A stretch of 64,000 nucleotides of DNA, taken from the NCBI GenBank assembly GCA_024235855.1, contig JACKLN010000013.1, positions 2,950 to 66,949 of the forward strand, written 5' to 3'. Below are positions 44,861 to 56,013 of this stretch, piece after piece; position 1 is the first letter of the stretch; every line of letters begins with the position of its first letter. The notes under the pieces were generated by a model. The model saw only the letters and a program-made list of their open reading frames with translations. It was not told the origin of the DNA and did no database searches. This DNA is from Burkholderiaceae bacterium. Its GTDB lineage: Bacteria > Pseudomonadota > Gammaproteobacteria > Burkholderiales > Burkholderiaceae_C. Both the position numbers and the translations under genes were made by a program.

Positions 44861-47167
44861 TCAGCGCACGTTGAGCACGAGGTCGCCGGCAGGCAGCCAC
44901 AGTTCGAAGTGGCGCTGACGGATGGACTTGCTGGCCGCATAGCGTTCGCTGAGATCCTCCAGCTGGATCTGGGGCGCGCGCACCAGGCGGCCCAGCAACG
45001 CCATCAGTTCGCGAGCGTCTGTTTTGCACTCCCTGGCGTCGAAGCAGCGCAGCGCGCCCTGCCGCACGGCCACCTTGACGAGTTCGATGCCGGGCACGAT
45101 CAACGGCTGCCCACCCAGGCGGGCGCGTGCCAGCGCGTCGGCCAGCTTCTGCACCGCCGCCCGCTGGCTCGGGTCGGTGATCTGGATGTATAGCCGGGCG
45201 CCACCCGAGGCCGTCTTGTCCGTCGGGGCGGCCTGCACCGGCGCCGTGGCGGCAGCCGCCACGTTGTTCAGCCGCCCGGCCTCGCTGCCCACCTGGGCCG
45301 CGGCCTCCTGGAGCCGCTGGCTGACGTTGGGCTCGTTGGTCCTCGCCTGCTTCGCGACCTGCAGCAGTTCGAGCTGCAGCATCTGCAGTTCGTGGCGGGC
45401 GCGATCCAGGTCCTCGGTGAGGCGGACCCCGCGCGCCCGCTCGGCCTCGAGGTCGGCGCGCAGGTCGGTGTTGCTGTCGCGTGTGGCCTGCAACAGGGCC
45501 AGATCCTGCTGCAGCCGTTCGCTGTCCTTCTGCGCGGCAATCTTGGCCTGCCGCTCCTGTTCCGCGTCGAGCCGCGAGACCACCAGCAGCGTCGCCGCCA
45601 CGACCACGATGGCGCCGGTCAAGGCGAACCACTGGCGCTGCCGGCGCTTGCGCCGCTCGACGTCGCGCACGCGCTCGCGTTCCTCGTCGCGCGCCGCGGC
45701 GCTGGCCGCCAGCAGCTTCTGCACGCGCGCCCAGCCGCCGCCGTAGCGTTTCGCCCAGGCCGGGTTGCGCCGCTTCATCCAGCGCTCGCGCTCGTCGGTG
45801 GTGGTGGCGCCGAGCACGTTTGTCGGGTCGCGTTCGAAGCTGTCGGCCTGCACCAGCAGCGAACGCCACACCAGGCCGTTGCGGAACTCGCGCGCCAGCC
45901 AGCCCTGCTGCTCGTCGGCCAGCGCGCGCCAGCAGCGGATCAGCGCCTCGTGGCCCACGTCCACCAGCGTGTCGGGGCGGAGGGGCCAGGCCAGCGGCGG
46001 GGTCAGGAAGTTGACGCCGTCGGCACGAAACGCATTGACCACCTCGGTCAGCTGCGGCAGCGTGCAGCCGGTGATGTCGGCCAGTTCGTCCAGCCGCATC
46101 GGCCGGCGGATGGCATGGCCATCGGGGTTGGGTTCGGTCAGCGCGCGGAACAGGTCCTCGACCACGCGCGATGGCCCGCCGGCCGGTGCTTCCGGCAGCG
46201 CCTCGACGACACGGGCCGCAACCTCGTCGGCATGAGCCGACAGCAGCCCGGCGCAGCCCAGTTCGGCCGGAAAGTGCGACAGTTCCAGGCGCCAGGGCTG
46301 GCCGCCGGCGGCCGATGCCGCGCCGTGCTCCTCGTACAGCCGCATCAGCGTGTGCTGCATCAGCGGCAGCTGGTCCTGGCTGGCGCCGGCGTCGGCGATC
46401 AGGCGCTCGGCCAGCGGCCGCATCACCTCGCCGCCGTACAGCCGTGCCGGCTCGCGCACGGCGCGCAGCAAGTCGGCGTGCTCCATCGGCGGCAGCAGGT
46501 ACTGGCAGGCGTTGACGGTTTCGGCCAGACGCCCGAACCGCGCGCAGGCGCCCAGGTACTCCGAGCGCATCGTGGTCACCAGGTAGAGCCCGTCTGGTGG
46601 CGTAGCTTGCCAAGCCATCAGCAGCTCCGCCAGCAGCTGTGCCTCGGCCGGGCCGTCGCGCCGCGCGTGCTGGAACAGCTCCTCGAACTGGTCGATCAGC
46701 AGGCAGCCCGGCCCGCTGTCGCCGCAGGCGCGGTCCCGCCACAGCGCGGCCAGCGCCGACGGTGCCTCGCGGCCCTGGTTGAGTGCGCGCCGCCACGGCA
46801 GCACCGCATCAGTATCGTCGGCGGACTGGCCAGCCAGCCGCGCCAGCGCACGCGCCAGGTTCCACAGCGGCGAGCGACGCGGCAGCGCGATGGCCGTGCG
46901 CCAGCCCGGCCCCATGCTGCCCTGCTCCAGTTGCGCGAACAGGCCGGCGCGCACGATGGAACTCTTGCCGCAGCCGGAATCGCCGTGCACGAAGACCAGG
47001 CGGCGTTCGACGAGCTGCTCGAGCAGTTCGTCGACCATGCGTTCACGGCCGAAGTAGATCGGCCACTCCTGCGGATCGAAGGGGCGCAGGCCGGGATAGG
47101 GCCGCGGCGGCAGCGTCAGCTGCAGGCCGCCGCTGTCGTCGTCGCCGGTGTCGGGCAGCCCGCTCAT
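44861..47167 (-). CDS. STAND (nSTAND1-like) NTPase with TM helix, coiled coil and small C-terminal domain
   Basis: PYPGLRPF...FGRE, Walker A GDSGCGKSS, Walker B LLIDQFEELF, TMRSEY, LPLMQH, HEALIR.W; TM WFALTGAIVVVAATLLVV. Confidence 0.85.
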   Translation of the reverse strand: MSGLPDTGDDDSGGLQLTLPPRPYPGLRPFDPQEWPIYFGRERMVDELLEQLVERRLVFVHGDSGCGKSSIVRAGLFAQLEQGSMGPGWRTAIALPRRSPLWNLARALARLAGQSADDTDAVLPWRRALNQGREAPSALAALWRDRACGDSGPGCLLIDQFEELFQHARRDGPAEAQLLAELLMAWQATPPDGLYLVTTMRSEYLGACARFGRLAETVNACQYLLPPMEHADLLRAVREPARLYGGEVMRPLAERLIADAGASQDQLPLMQHTLMRLYEEHGAASAAGGQPWRLELSHFPAELGCAGLLSAHADEVAARVVEALPEAPAGGPSRVVEDLFRALTEPNPDGHAIRRPMRLDELADITGCTLPQLTEVVNAFRADGVNFLTPPLAWPLRPDTLVDVGHEALIRCWRALADEQQGWLAREFRNGLVWRSLLVQADSFERDPTNVLGATTTDERERWMKRRNPAWAKRYGGGWARVQKLLAASAAARDEERERVRDVERRKRRQRQWFALTGAIVVVAATLLVVSRLDAEQERQAKIAAQKDSERLQQDLALLQATRDSNTDLRADLEAERARGVRLTEDLDRARHELQMLQLELLQVAKQARTNEPNVSQRLQEAAAQVGSEAGRLNNVAAAATAPVQAAPTDKTASGGARLYIQITDPSQRAAVQKLADALARARLGGQPLIVPGIELVKVAVRQGALRCFDARECKTDARELMALLGRLVRAPQIQLEDLSERYAASKSIRQRHFELWLPAGDLVLNVR

Positions 47168-48264
47168 TCGCTGGCCGCCGCCGCAGCGCCCTGCGCGGCC
47201 AGCCAGTGCTGCACGGCCGGCGTCCACGGCGGCTGGGTGCCATCCAGCCAGTCGGTCTGCAGGTTGCGCGCGGTGGCCCGGCGCACCGGCGTGGCCACTG
47301 GCGGGCCCACCGTGTCGAGCACGCAGCAGGGCAGCAGGCGGTGGCTGCGCGCGCGGGCGGACTGCCGGTCGTAGCGGCCGATGGCCAGCAAGTCGGCGTC
47401 CAGCGCACGGCCGTCCTCGGTGCCCAGCAGCAGCAGCGCGTCGCAGTCGGCCAGGGTCTCCACGCGAGCACGGCGCAGCTGCATCAGCTTGCGCGGGTCG
47501 TCCTCCACGGGGTCGGGATCGCCCGGCACGACGGAATAGCCATCCGACAGCAGCGCGTTGGCCGCGTCCTCCCAGGCCTTGCGGTGGTCCACGCGCCCGT
47601 GCAGGTAGATCGACTGGCCCTGCGGCCCCTGCAGGCGCTGCGCGTCCTCCTGCGCCTTGCGGCGTTCGCCGAGCTGCGTGCGCATCGCATCCAGGTGGTG
47701 GCCCAGGCGGCCGACCACCGACAGCAGCGCCCGCCGGAAATCGCTGCCGAAGCTCTGCCCCAGGTCGGCCCAGCCCAGCGGGCGGTCTGCGCCGAGGCTG
47801 TCGTCATGGAACGGGAAGCCGACCAACGGCACCCCTTGCGGGTCGCACAGGGGCGTGGGCCAAGGCTCTGGCGTGGGCCAGATGCGCACCACGGCCACGC
47901 GGCCGTCTGTGGGCAGGCCCAGGGCTTCCTGCGCAGCAACCCAGGCGTCGCGCTCACGGCGGCACCATTCGGACGCCACGTAGTCTGGCGACATCAGCAC
48001 CAGCAGCAACGCGCTGGCGGCGATCTGCTGGGTCAACTGCGGCGTCAGCCCTTCCATCGGGTCCACGCCCTGCCCTGGCCGCAGCTTGGCGTCGAGGAAC
48101 AGGCTCAGCGACTGGCGGAAGCGCGGGTCGACGCGCAGCTCCTTTTCCAGCTCAGTGGCGAACGCCGTGGACCAGGGGCGCAGCAGGCCCTCGCCTTCGG
48201 CATCGCTGCCGTGGCTGTAGCTGACGAAGAGGTCGTGCGCGAAGGGCTCGCCGACGTAGGACAT
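47164..48264 (-). CDS. TIR domain protein with a second alpha/beta domain
   Basis: DLFVSYSH...LFLD...SALLLVLMSPDYVASEWCRRE (catalytic Glu position intact); ATGA-coupled to the NTPase. Confidence 0.85.
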   Translation of the reverse strand: MSYVGEPFAHDLFVSYSHGSDAEGEGLLRPWSTAFATELEKELRVDPRFRQSLSLFLDAKLRPGQGVDPMEGLTPQLTQQIAASALLLVLMSPDYVASEWCRRERDAWVAAQEALGLPTDGRVAVVRIWPTPEPWPTPLCDPQGVPLVGFPFHDDSLGADRPLGWADLGQSFGSDFRRALLSVVGRLGHHLDAMRTQLGERRKAQEDAQRLQGPQGQSIYLHGRVDHRKAWEDAANALLSDGYSVVPGDPDPVEDDPRKLMQLRRARVETLADCDALLLLGTEDGRALDADLLAIGRYDRQSARARSHRLLPCCVLDTVGPPVATPVRRATARNLQTDWLDGTQPPWTPAVQHWLAAQGAAAAASE

Positions 48265-48375
48265 CCGGGCTCCTGCCGCGATGCGGCCATCGCCGACTGT
48301 CCCACCCGGGTCGGCCAGCGTCAACCGCGATGCGGCCGGTGAGGCCCCCGCATCCCGAGTTCGAGGCCCGGGCGG

Positions 48376-49095
48376 TCAGACGCCCAGGTAGCCCGCGAGC
48401 TCCGGCGCCGCGGCCAGTTGCTCCGACGCCCCTGCCATCACCACCTCGCCCTTTTGCAGCACCACGGCGCGGTCGGTGTTGGCCAGCACCTTGCGATAGT
48501 CGCGGTCGACGATCAGGCAGGAGATGCCACTGCGGCGGATCGTCTGCAGCACGCGCCAGATCTCCACCACGATCAGAGGCGCCAGGCCCTCGGTGGCCTC
48601 GTCCAGGATGATCAGCTGCGGCTGCGTCATCAATGCGCGGCCGATGGACAGCATCTGCTGCTCGCCGCCGGAGAGCTGGCTGCCCAGGTTGCCGATGCGC
48701 TCCTGCAGCCGCGGAAAGGTCTCAAGCACGCGTTCCAGCGTCCAGCCGCTCGCATCAGTCGGTGGCTGTGCGGCCATGACGAGGTTCTCGCGCACGCTCA
48801 GGTTCGGGAACACGCCACGACCCTCGGGCACGTAGGCCACGCCGAGGCGCGCCACCTGATGCGGCCGCGCACCGCTGCAGTCCTGCCCGGCCACCGTGAT
48901 CTTCCCCTGGCGCTGGCGCACGTGGCCCAGCAGCGTCCGGATCAGCGTGCTCTTGCCCATGCCGTTGCGGCCCAGCAGGCCGACGGTCTGGCCACGCGGG
49001 ATGCTCAGGTCCACGCCGTGCAGCACGTGGCTGGACCCGTACCACGCGTGGATGCCGCTGGCCTGCAGGATCGGGGTGGTGCCGTTCGCGTCCAT
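48376..49095 (-). CDS. ABC transporter ATP-binding protein (LivF-like)
   Basis: GRNGMGKS, LSGGEQQ, LDEATEGLAP. Confidence 0.92.
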   Translation of the reverse strand: MDANGTTPILQASGIHAWYGSSHVLHGVDLSIPRGQTVGLLGRNGMGKSTLIRTLLGHVRQRQGKITVAGQDCSGARPHQVARLGVAYVPEGRGVFPNLSVRENLVMAAQPPTDASGWTLERVLETFPRLQERIGNLGSQLSGGEQQMLSIGRALMTQPQLIILDEATEGLAPLIVVEIWRVLQTIRRSGISCLIVDRDYRKVLANTDRAVVLQKGEVVMAGASEQLAAAPELAGYLGV

Positions 49096-49841
49096 CAATG
49101 CCCCCCCAGGTAGGCCGCCTGCACCTGCGGGTCGTTGCGCACGGCGTCGGGCGTGCCCGACGCGATGACCGCGCCGTTGACCATCACGGTGATGCGGTCG
49201 GCCACGCGGAAGACGGCGTCCATGTCGTGCTCCACCAGCAGGATGGCGTGGCCGGGTTTCAGGGCGTCCAGCAGCGCGAGCATGCGGTCGGTCTCCTCGG
49301 CCCCCATGCCGGCCAGCGGTTCGTCCAGCAGCAGCACCTGCGGGTCCGTGGCCAGGCACATCGCGATCTCCAGCTGCCGCTTGCCGCCGTGGCTCAGCAG
49401 GCCGGCGGGGCGCTGCGCCTCGGCACCCAGGCCCACACGGGCCAGCGCCGCGTCGGCCGCGGCGGTGGCATCGGGGCAACGGGCCGCCGGCTCCCACAGC
49501 CGCCAGGGCCGCGGCCAGCGCGCCTGCGCGGCCAGACGGGCGTTCTCGTGCACGGTGAAGGTGGGGTAGATGGTCGTACGCTGGTAGCTGCGCCCCAGGC
49601 CGGCCTGCGCGCGCCGGGGCTGTGACCAGGACGTCACGTCCTGCCCCAGCAGTTCGACACGGCCGTCCGACGGCTCGATCTCGCCCGAGAGCAGGTTGAT
49701 CAGCGTGGACTTGCCGGCGCCGTTGGTGCCGATGACGGCGTGCACCTGCCCGCGCTGCAGGTCCAGCGACACGGTGTCGACCGCCGTCAGCCCGCCCCAG
49801 CGGCGGGTGAGGCCCAGGCCCCTCAGCAGCACCTCGCTCAT
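49095..49841 (-). CDS. ABC transporter ATP-binding protein (LivG-like)
   Basis: GTNGAGKS, LSHGGKRQLE, LDEPLAG, VEHDMD, AYLG. Confidence 0.92.
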   Translation of the reverse strand: MSEVLLRGLGLTRRWGGLTAVDTVSLDLQRGQVHAVIGTNGAGKSTLINLLSGEIEPSDGRVELLGQDVTSWSQPRRAQAGLGRSYQRTTIYPTFTVHENARLAAQARWPRPWRLWEPAARCPDATAAADAALARVGLGAEAQRPAGLLSHGGKRQLEIAMCLATDPQVLLLDEPLAGMGAEETDRMLALLDALKPGHAILLVEHDMDAVFRVADRITVMVNGAVIASGTPDAVRNDPQVQAAYLGGH

Positions 49842-50797
49842 GCGGGCCTCCGGCGCCACAGTTCACCCAGCCCGATCAGCCCCTTGGGCAGCAGCGCCAC
49901 GCTGACGATGATGGTCAGGCCCAGCCCCAGGTGCCAGTGCTTGGCGAAGCTGCCGAAGATGGCCTCGGATTTGAAGAACTCCTGCAGCAGCGTGTAGGCG
50001 AAGGCGCCGAGCACCGCGCCGCGCAGGTGGCCCAGGCCACCGAGGATGATCATGATCAGCAGCGAGCCCGACAGGTGCCAGCTCAGCAGTTCCGGGTTCA
50101 CGAAGCCGTCCTTGGCCGCGAACAGGAATCCGGCGTAGCCGGCGATGGCGCCGGACAGCGTGAAGGCCGCCAGCTTGTACGGGTAGGTGGCAAAGCCGGT
50201 GGCGCGCATGCGCTGCTCGTTGGCCTTGATGCCGGCCAGCGCACGGCCGAAGCGCGAGCGCAGCACCAGGGCCAGGAAGGCGTAGACGGCCACCAGGCTG
50301 CCGAGCGTCAGTGCATAGAACACACCAGGCTTCTCCAGGTCGACGATCGGTGCGTCCTCGGGGCCCAGCAGGGGCTTGAAGTACAGGTAGATCCCGTCGG
50401 TGCCACCGCCCAGTGGTGTGTCGTGGATGACGAAGTACGCCATCTGCGCGAAGGCCAGCGTCACCATGATGAAGTACACGCCCTGTGTGCGCAGCGACAG
50501 CGCACCCATGCCCAGCGCGTACAGCGCCGCCGCGCCCACCGCGGCCGGCACGATCCACCACAGCGCCGCGGGGCCGGATTCCGGCGACAGCAGCACGGTG
50601 GCGTAGGCGCCGATGCCGAACAGCGCAGCATGCCCGAAGCACACCAGCCCGGTGGCGCCCACCAGCAGTTCCAGGCTCAGCGCCGCGATGGCGTAGATCA
50701 TGATCTTGATGACGAGGTCGGTGCCATAGGCGCCGCCGACGAACGGGTAGGCGGCCAGCAGGGCGAACGCGACCAGGGGTACGGCAAGCTGCTTCAC
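49838..50797 (-). CDS. ABC transporter permease (LivM-like)
   Basis: GHAALFGIGAY, YFIMVTLAFAQ, GGTDG, SRFGR, LGGLG. Confidence 0.92.
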   Translation of the reverse strand: MKQLAVPLVAFALLAAYPFVGGAYGTDLVIKIMIYAIAALSLELLVGATGLVCFGHAALFGIGAYATVLLSPESGPAALWWIVPAAVGAAALYALGMGALSLRTQGVYFIMVTLAFAQMAYFVIHDTPLGGGTDGIYLYFKPLLGPEDAPIVDLEKPGVFYALTLGSLVAVYAFLALVLRSRFGRALAGIKANEQRMRATGFATYPYKLAAFTLSGAIAGYAGFLFAAKDGFVNPELLSWHLSGSLLIMIILGGLGHLRGAVLGAFAYTLLQEFFKSEAIFGSFAKHWHLGLGLTIIVSVALLPKGLIGLGELWRRRPA

Positions 50798-50807
50798 GGT
50801 CGGCCCC

Positions 50808-51677
50808 TCATCCGGCCTTGAACAAACCGGCCGGCCGCACCAGCAGGATGGCGGCCATCAGCACGTAGACCAGCACACCGGCCGCCTCGGGCCACAGCAC
50901 CTTGCCGAAGGTGTCGACCACGCCGATCAGCAGCGCCGCCACCAGCGCGCCGCGGATGGAGCCGATGCCGCCGATGACCACCACCACGAAGCAGATGATG
51001 AGCACCGAGTTCCCCATGCCCGGGTACACGCTGCTCACCGGCGAGGCGATCATGCCCGCCAGCACCGCCAGCGCCACGCCCGCGGCGAACACGATGCGGT
51101 AGAGGAACTGGATGTCGATGCCCAGGCTCTGCACCATCTCGCGGTTGACAGAGCCGGCACGGATCTTCATGCCCAGCCGCGTGCGCGTGAACACCAGGTA
51201 CATGCCGAAGGCCAGCGTCAGGCAGACGCCGGAGATGAACAACCGGTAGACCGGGTAGGTCATCACGTCGCCCAGCGGGATGCTGCCAGCCAGGATCTCC
51301 GGCGCCTGCACGCCGTGCACGTCGTCGCCCACGAGCAGGCTGCGTACCTCCTCGAAGACCAGGATCAGGCCGTAGGTCATCAGCACCTGCTGCAGGTGTT
51401 CACGGTCGTAGAGGTAGCTGAAGAACACCCACTCCAGCACGTAGCCCAGCACCACCGCCAGCACCAGGCCCACGCCCAGGGTGACGAAGAAGTTGCCACC
51501 CAGCAGCGGCGACAAGGCATAGGCCATGTAGGCCCCGACCATGTAGAAGCTGCCGTGCGCCAGGTTGATGACGCCCATGATCCCGAAGATCAGCGTCAGC
51601 CCGGACGCCACCAGGAACAGCAGCAGCCCGTACTGCAGCGCGTTCAGGCACTGGATGAGGAAGGTGGCGGCGTCCAT
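50808..51677 (-). CDS. ABC transporter permease (LivH-like)
   Basis: ASGLTLIFG.MGVINLAHG, TRLG..IRA, VVVVIGGIGS. Confidence 0.92.
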   Translation of the reverse strand: MDAATFLIQCLNALQYGLLLFLVASGLTLIFGIMGVINLAHGSFYMVGAYMAYALSPLLGGNFFVTLGVGLVLAVVLGYVLEWVFFSYLYDREHLQQVLMTYGLILVFEEVRSLLVGDDVHGVQAPEILAGSIPLGDVMTYPVYRLFISGVCLTLAFGMYLVFTRTRLGMKIRAGSVNREMVQSLGIDIQFLYRIVFAAGVALAVLAGMIASPVSSVYPGMGNSVLIICFVVVVIGGIGSIRGALVAALLIGVVDTFGKVLWPEAAGVLVYVLMAAILLVRPAGLFKAG

Positions 51678-51709
51678 GGGTCAGGTGGCGGTGGTGCGGG
51701 GCCGATGGC

Positions 51710-52867
51710 TCACATGCGGCAGCCGCGCGCCGGGTCGGCCAGCGCCTTCACGGCGATGCCGGTGACGACGTTGTACTCGCCCTTGACCTCGCGGATGTAG
51801 AAGTCCTGCACCGGGTTGTGTGCCTTGCTCAGCGTGAAGGTGCCGCGCGGGCTGTCGATCTTCGCCCCGGCGATGGCCTTGTACAGGTCGTCCTTGCGGC
51901 TGATGTCGCCCTTGACGGCGTTGACCCCGGCAATGAGCATCTGCGCGGCGTCGAATCCCTGCATGGCGTACACGTCGGGGTTGGCCTTGTAGGCCACGGC
52001 AAACTTGTTGCGGAAGGCCTCGTTGCGCGGGTTCCTGATCTCGTCGCCGTAGTGCAGCGCCGTGATCAGCCCCTGCGCCGCTTCGCCCTGCGCAGCCAGC
52101 GTGCCGTCGGTCAGGAAGCCCGAGCCCATCAGCGGCACGGTGTTCTTCAGCCCCGCGGCAGCCCAGTCCTTGACGAACTTGACCGCGCCACCGCCGGCGA
52201 AGAAGGCGTAGACCACGTCGGGCTTCTCCGAGGCGATCTGCGTCAGCAGGGCCTGGAACTCGACGTTCGGGAACGGCAGGTTCAGGTCCTTGGTGACCTT
52301 GCCGCCGCCTTTCTCGAAGGCTTCGCGGAAGCCCTTGACGGTGTCCGCACCCGCACCGTAGTTCCAGGTGATGGTCATCGCGGTCTTGTAGCCCTTCTTC
52401 GCGGCCACCACACCCGTGGCGTAGCCGGGCTGCCAGTTGCTGAAGGACGAACGGAAGATGTTCTTCGCGCACAGCGGGCCGGTGATGGCGTCGGCCCCGG
52501 CGTTGGGGATGATCAGCAGGGTGCCGCTTTCCTTGGCCGCACGCGCCATGCCCACGGCCACGCCGGAGTGCACGGTGCCCACGAGCACGTCGACGTTGTC
52601 TCGCTTGATGAGCTTGTTGACGTTGTCGGTGGCCTTGCTGGGGTCGCTCTCGTCGTCGACGGTGAAGTACTGCACCTCGCGCCCGGCGAGCTTGCCGCCC
52701 TGCTCGTCGATGGCGAGCTTGAAGCCCTTGGTGATCATGTCGCCCAGCGCGGCGTAGGTGCCGGTGGACGGCAGCATCAGGCCGACCTTGATGGGCTCGG
52801 CGGCGCCGGCGGCCAGGTGGGTGGCCAGCGCCACGGCGCCGAGGGTGAAGGTGATCGTCTTCTTCAT
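51710..52867 (-). CDS. ABC substrate-binding protein (HAAT family; probably aromatic acid/benzoate)
   Basis: Signal peptide; KVGLMLP.TG.YA.LG, DDES.P, VGTVHSGV, FRSSFSNWQ; downstream of benzoate-CoA ligase. Confidence 0.9.
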   Translation of the reverse strand: MKKTITFTLGAVALATHLAAGAAEPIKVGLMLPSTGTYAALGDMITKGFKLAIDEQGGKLAGREVQYFTVDDESDPSKATDNVNKLIKRDNVDVLVGTVHSGVAVGMARAAKESGTLLIIPNAGADAITGPLCAKNIFRSSFSNWQPGYATGVVAAKKGYKTAMTITWNYGAGADTVKGFREAFEKGGGKVTKDLNLPFPNVEFQALLTQIASEKPDVVYAFFAGGGAVKFVKDWAAAGLKNTVPLMGSGFLTDGTLAAQGEAAQGLITALHYGDEIRNPRNEAFRNKFAVAYKANPDVYAMQGFDAAQMLIAGVNAVKGDISRKDDLYKAIAGAKIDSPRGTFTLSKAHNPVQDFYIREVKGEYNVVTGIAVKALADPARGCRM

Positions 52868-52916
52868 GGCATGTCTCCGTCGGATCGGGGTGGCAATTAC
52901 TTGAGTTCTAAAGTAT

Positions 52917-53728
52917 TTACGGCGCAGCTGCAATCGGCATCGACAGCAGGTCGCGCACGGCGGCGATCACCGCGTCGGGCTGGTCGCGGTGCGGCGAATG
53001 CCGGCAGTCCGGCAGTTCCAGCAGCCGGGTGCCGGGCACGCGCGCGGCGATGCCGCGGATCTGCGCCAGCGTGCCGTACTCGTCATCCAGCCCCTGCACC
53101 GCCAGCAGCGGGCAGCGGATGGCGCCGAGTTGATCCTCGATGGACCAGCCGCGGAACGCCGGATCCAGCCAGATGTCGTTCCAGCGGCGGAACGCGCGGT
53201 CGACGTCGGCATGGTGTTTCGCGAGTCGCTGGCGCAGATCCGTGGTCTCGAAGGCCACGCGCGCCTGTTCGATGCTGGCCACGGAGAGGTCCTCGACCAG
53301 GATGTGCGGCGCCAGCACCACGGCGCCGGCAATGCGGCCCGGCAACCGCGCCGCGTACAGCAGCGCGATCGAGCCGCCGTCGCTGTGGCCGAACAGCCAG
53401 GGGCGGTCGTCCGTGGTGTCGATGTCCAGCGCCCCGAACAGCGCCGGCAGCACCGCATGCGCCTGTTCGTGCATGAAGGCCGGTGTCCAGGCCGGCTCCG
53501 GCACCAGGGTGCCGCTGCGGCCATAGCCGGGCCGCGAATAGACCAGCCCCCGCGCGCCCACGGCATCGCACAGCCGCGCCGGGAAGTCGCGCCACATCGA
53601 CACCGACCCCAGCCCCTCGTGCAGGAACACGATCAGCGGTGCCGCACGCTCGGCGCGCGGCCGGCCGACCCAGGCGTGCTCGATGGGCACGCGCTGGCCC
53701 TGCCAGGCGATGTCGACGAATGCGTGGG

Positions 53729-53732
<4 letters not shown>
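52917..53732 (-). CDS. Alpha/beta hydrolase associated with the box cluster (possible lactonase)
   Basis: FLHEGLGS, GHSDGG, QG.DDEYG, HSPH. Confidence 0.88.
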
Positions 53733-55315
<1,583 letters not shown>

Positions 55316-55348
55316 GGGGTGTCTCCTGTGTGCCGGGGCGGTCGCCGC

Positions 55349-55828
55349 TCAGCGGGTGAACTCGATGCGGCCTTCCGGCAGCAGGTACAGCACCAGCGCG
55401 CGACCGCCGGACACCGTGGGCCGGTGGGCGCTGCCAGGGGGGCAGACCAGCCAGCCAGCCGGGCGGCCGTCGAAACGCGCGTCGGGGTCGACGGGCATGA
55501 TCAGGTCGATCTCGCCGTTCGGGTGCACGTGGTGGGGGCCGGCGATGTCGTGCATGTCGACCACGTCCACCGAAAAGCCGGCCAGGTCGTCCGCCGGCTT
55601 GAAGATGCGGCCGTAGCGGATGCCGCCGCCTTCGCGGTCGCACAGCCAGCCGGCGGCCACGCCGGCCTCGCAGGAGGCGCGCAGGGCGCGGTAGGTCTCG
55701 CTCTGCGGGCCGTGTTCGGCGTTGAGCCAGGCGTCGAGCCCGGCATCGGGCGCGCGACCGGCCAGATGCGCCGCGATCCGGGCCGTCAGGCCGGCGATCT
55801 GGACGCGGAACTCGGCGGGTGTGCTCAC
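55349..55828 (-). CDS. DUF4863 / PnbB-like cupin protein
   Basis: GWLC.RE.GGIRYGR, FSVDVVDM, GPHHVHPNGEIDL, PGSAHRPTV. Confidence 0.8.
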   Translation of the reverse strand: MSTPAEFRVQIAGLTARIAAHLAGRAPDAGLDAWLNAEHGPQSETYRALRASCEAGVAAGWLCDREGGGIRYGRIFKPADDLAGFSVDVVDMHDIAGPHHVHPNGEIDLIMPVDPDARFDGRPAGWLVCPPGSAHRPTVSGGRALVLYLLPEGRIEFTR

Positions 55829-55889
55829 TGGAAGTACCTTTGGGCTGCGCCCTCCGGAACTCGCCCTTGGGGCGGCCCGGCGGACTCAT
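55825..55889 (-). repeat. Short REP-like element bounded by ATGA...GTGA
   Basis: ATGAGTCCGCCGGGCCGCCCCAAGGGCGAG...GCGCAGCCCAAAGGTACTTCCAGTGA; 5' part resembles the 43133/43677 elements. Confidence 0.55.
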
Positions 55890-55950
55890 GGCGGGATCCT
55901 CTGCGGCTTGCGCTGCGGCAAACCGCTGCGCTTGCCCTGCACCCGAAAGA

Positions 55951-56013
55951 TGCAGTATCGTGCCTGCAGCACTTTAGGGACCATCGACCCACCATGTCAA
56001 GCACTATATTGCC
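55951..56013. promoter_or_regulatory. Two candidate BoxR/BzdR boxes (GCA-N6-TGC)
   Basis: tGCAgtatcgTGCc at 55951-55964 and aGCActatatTGCc at 56000-56013 in the divergent promoter region. Confidence 0.55.
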
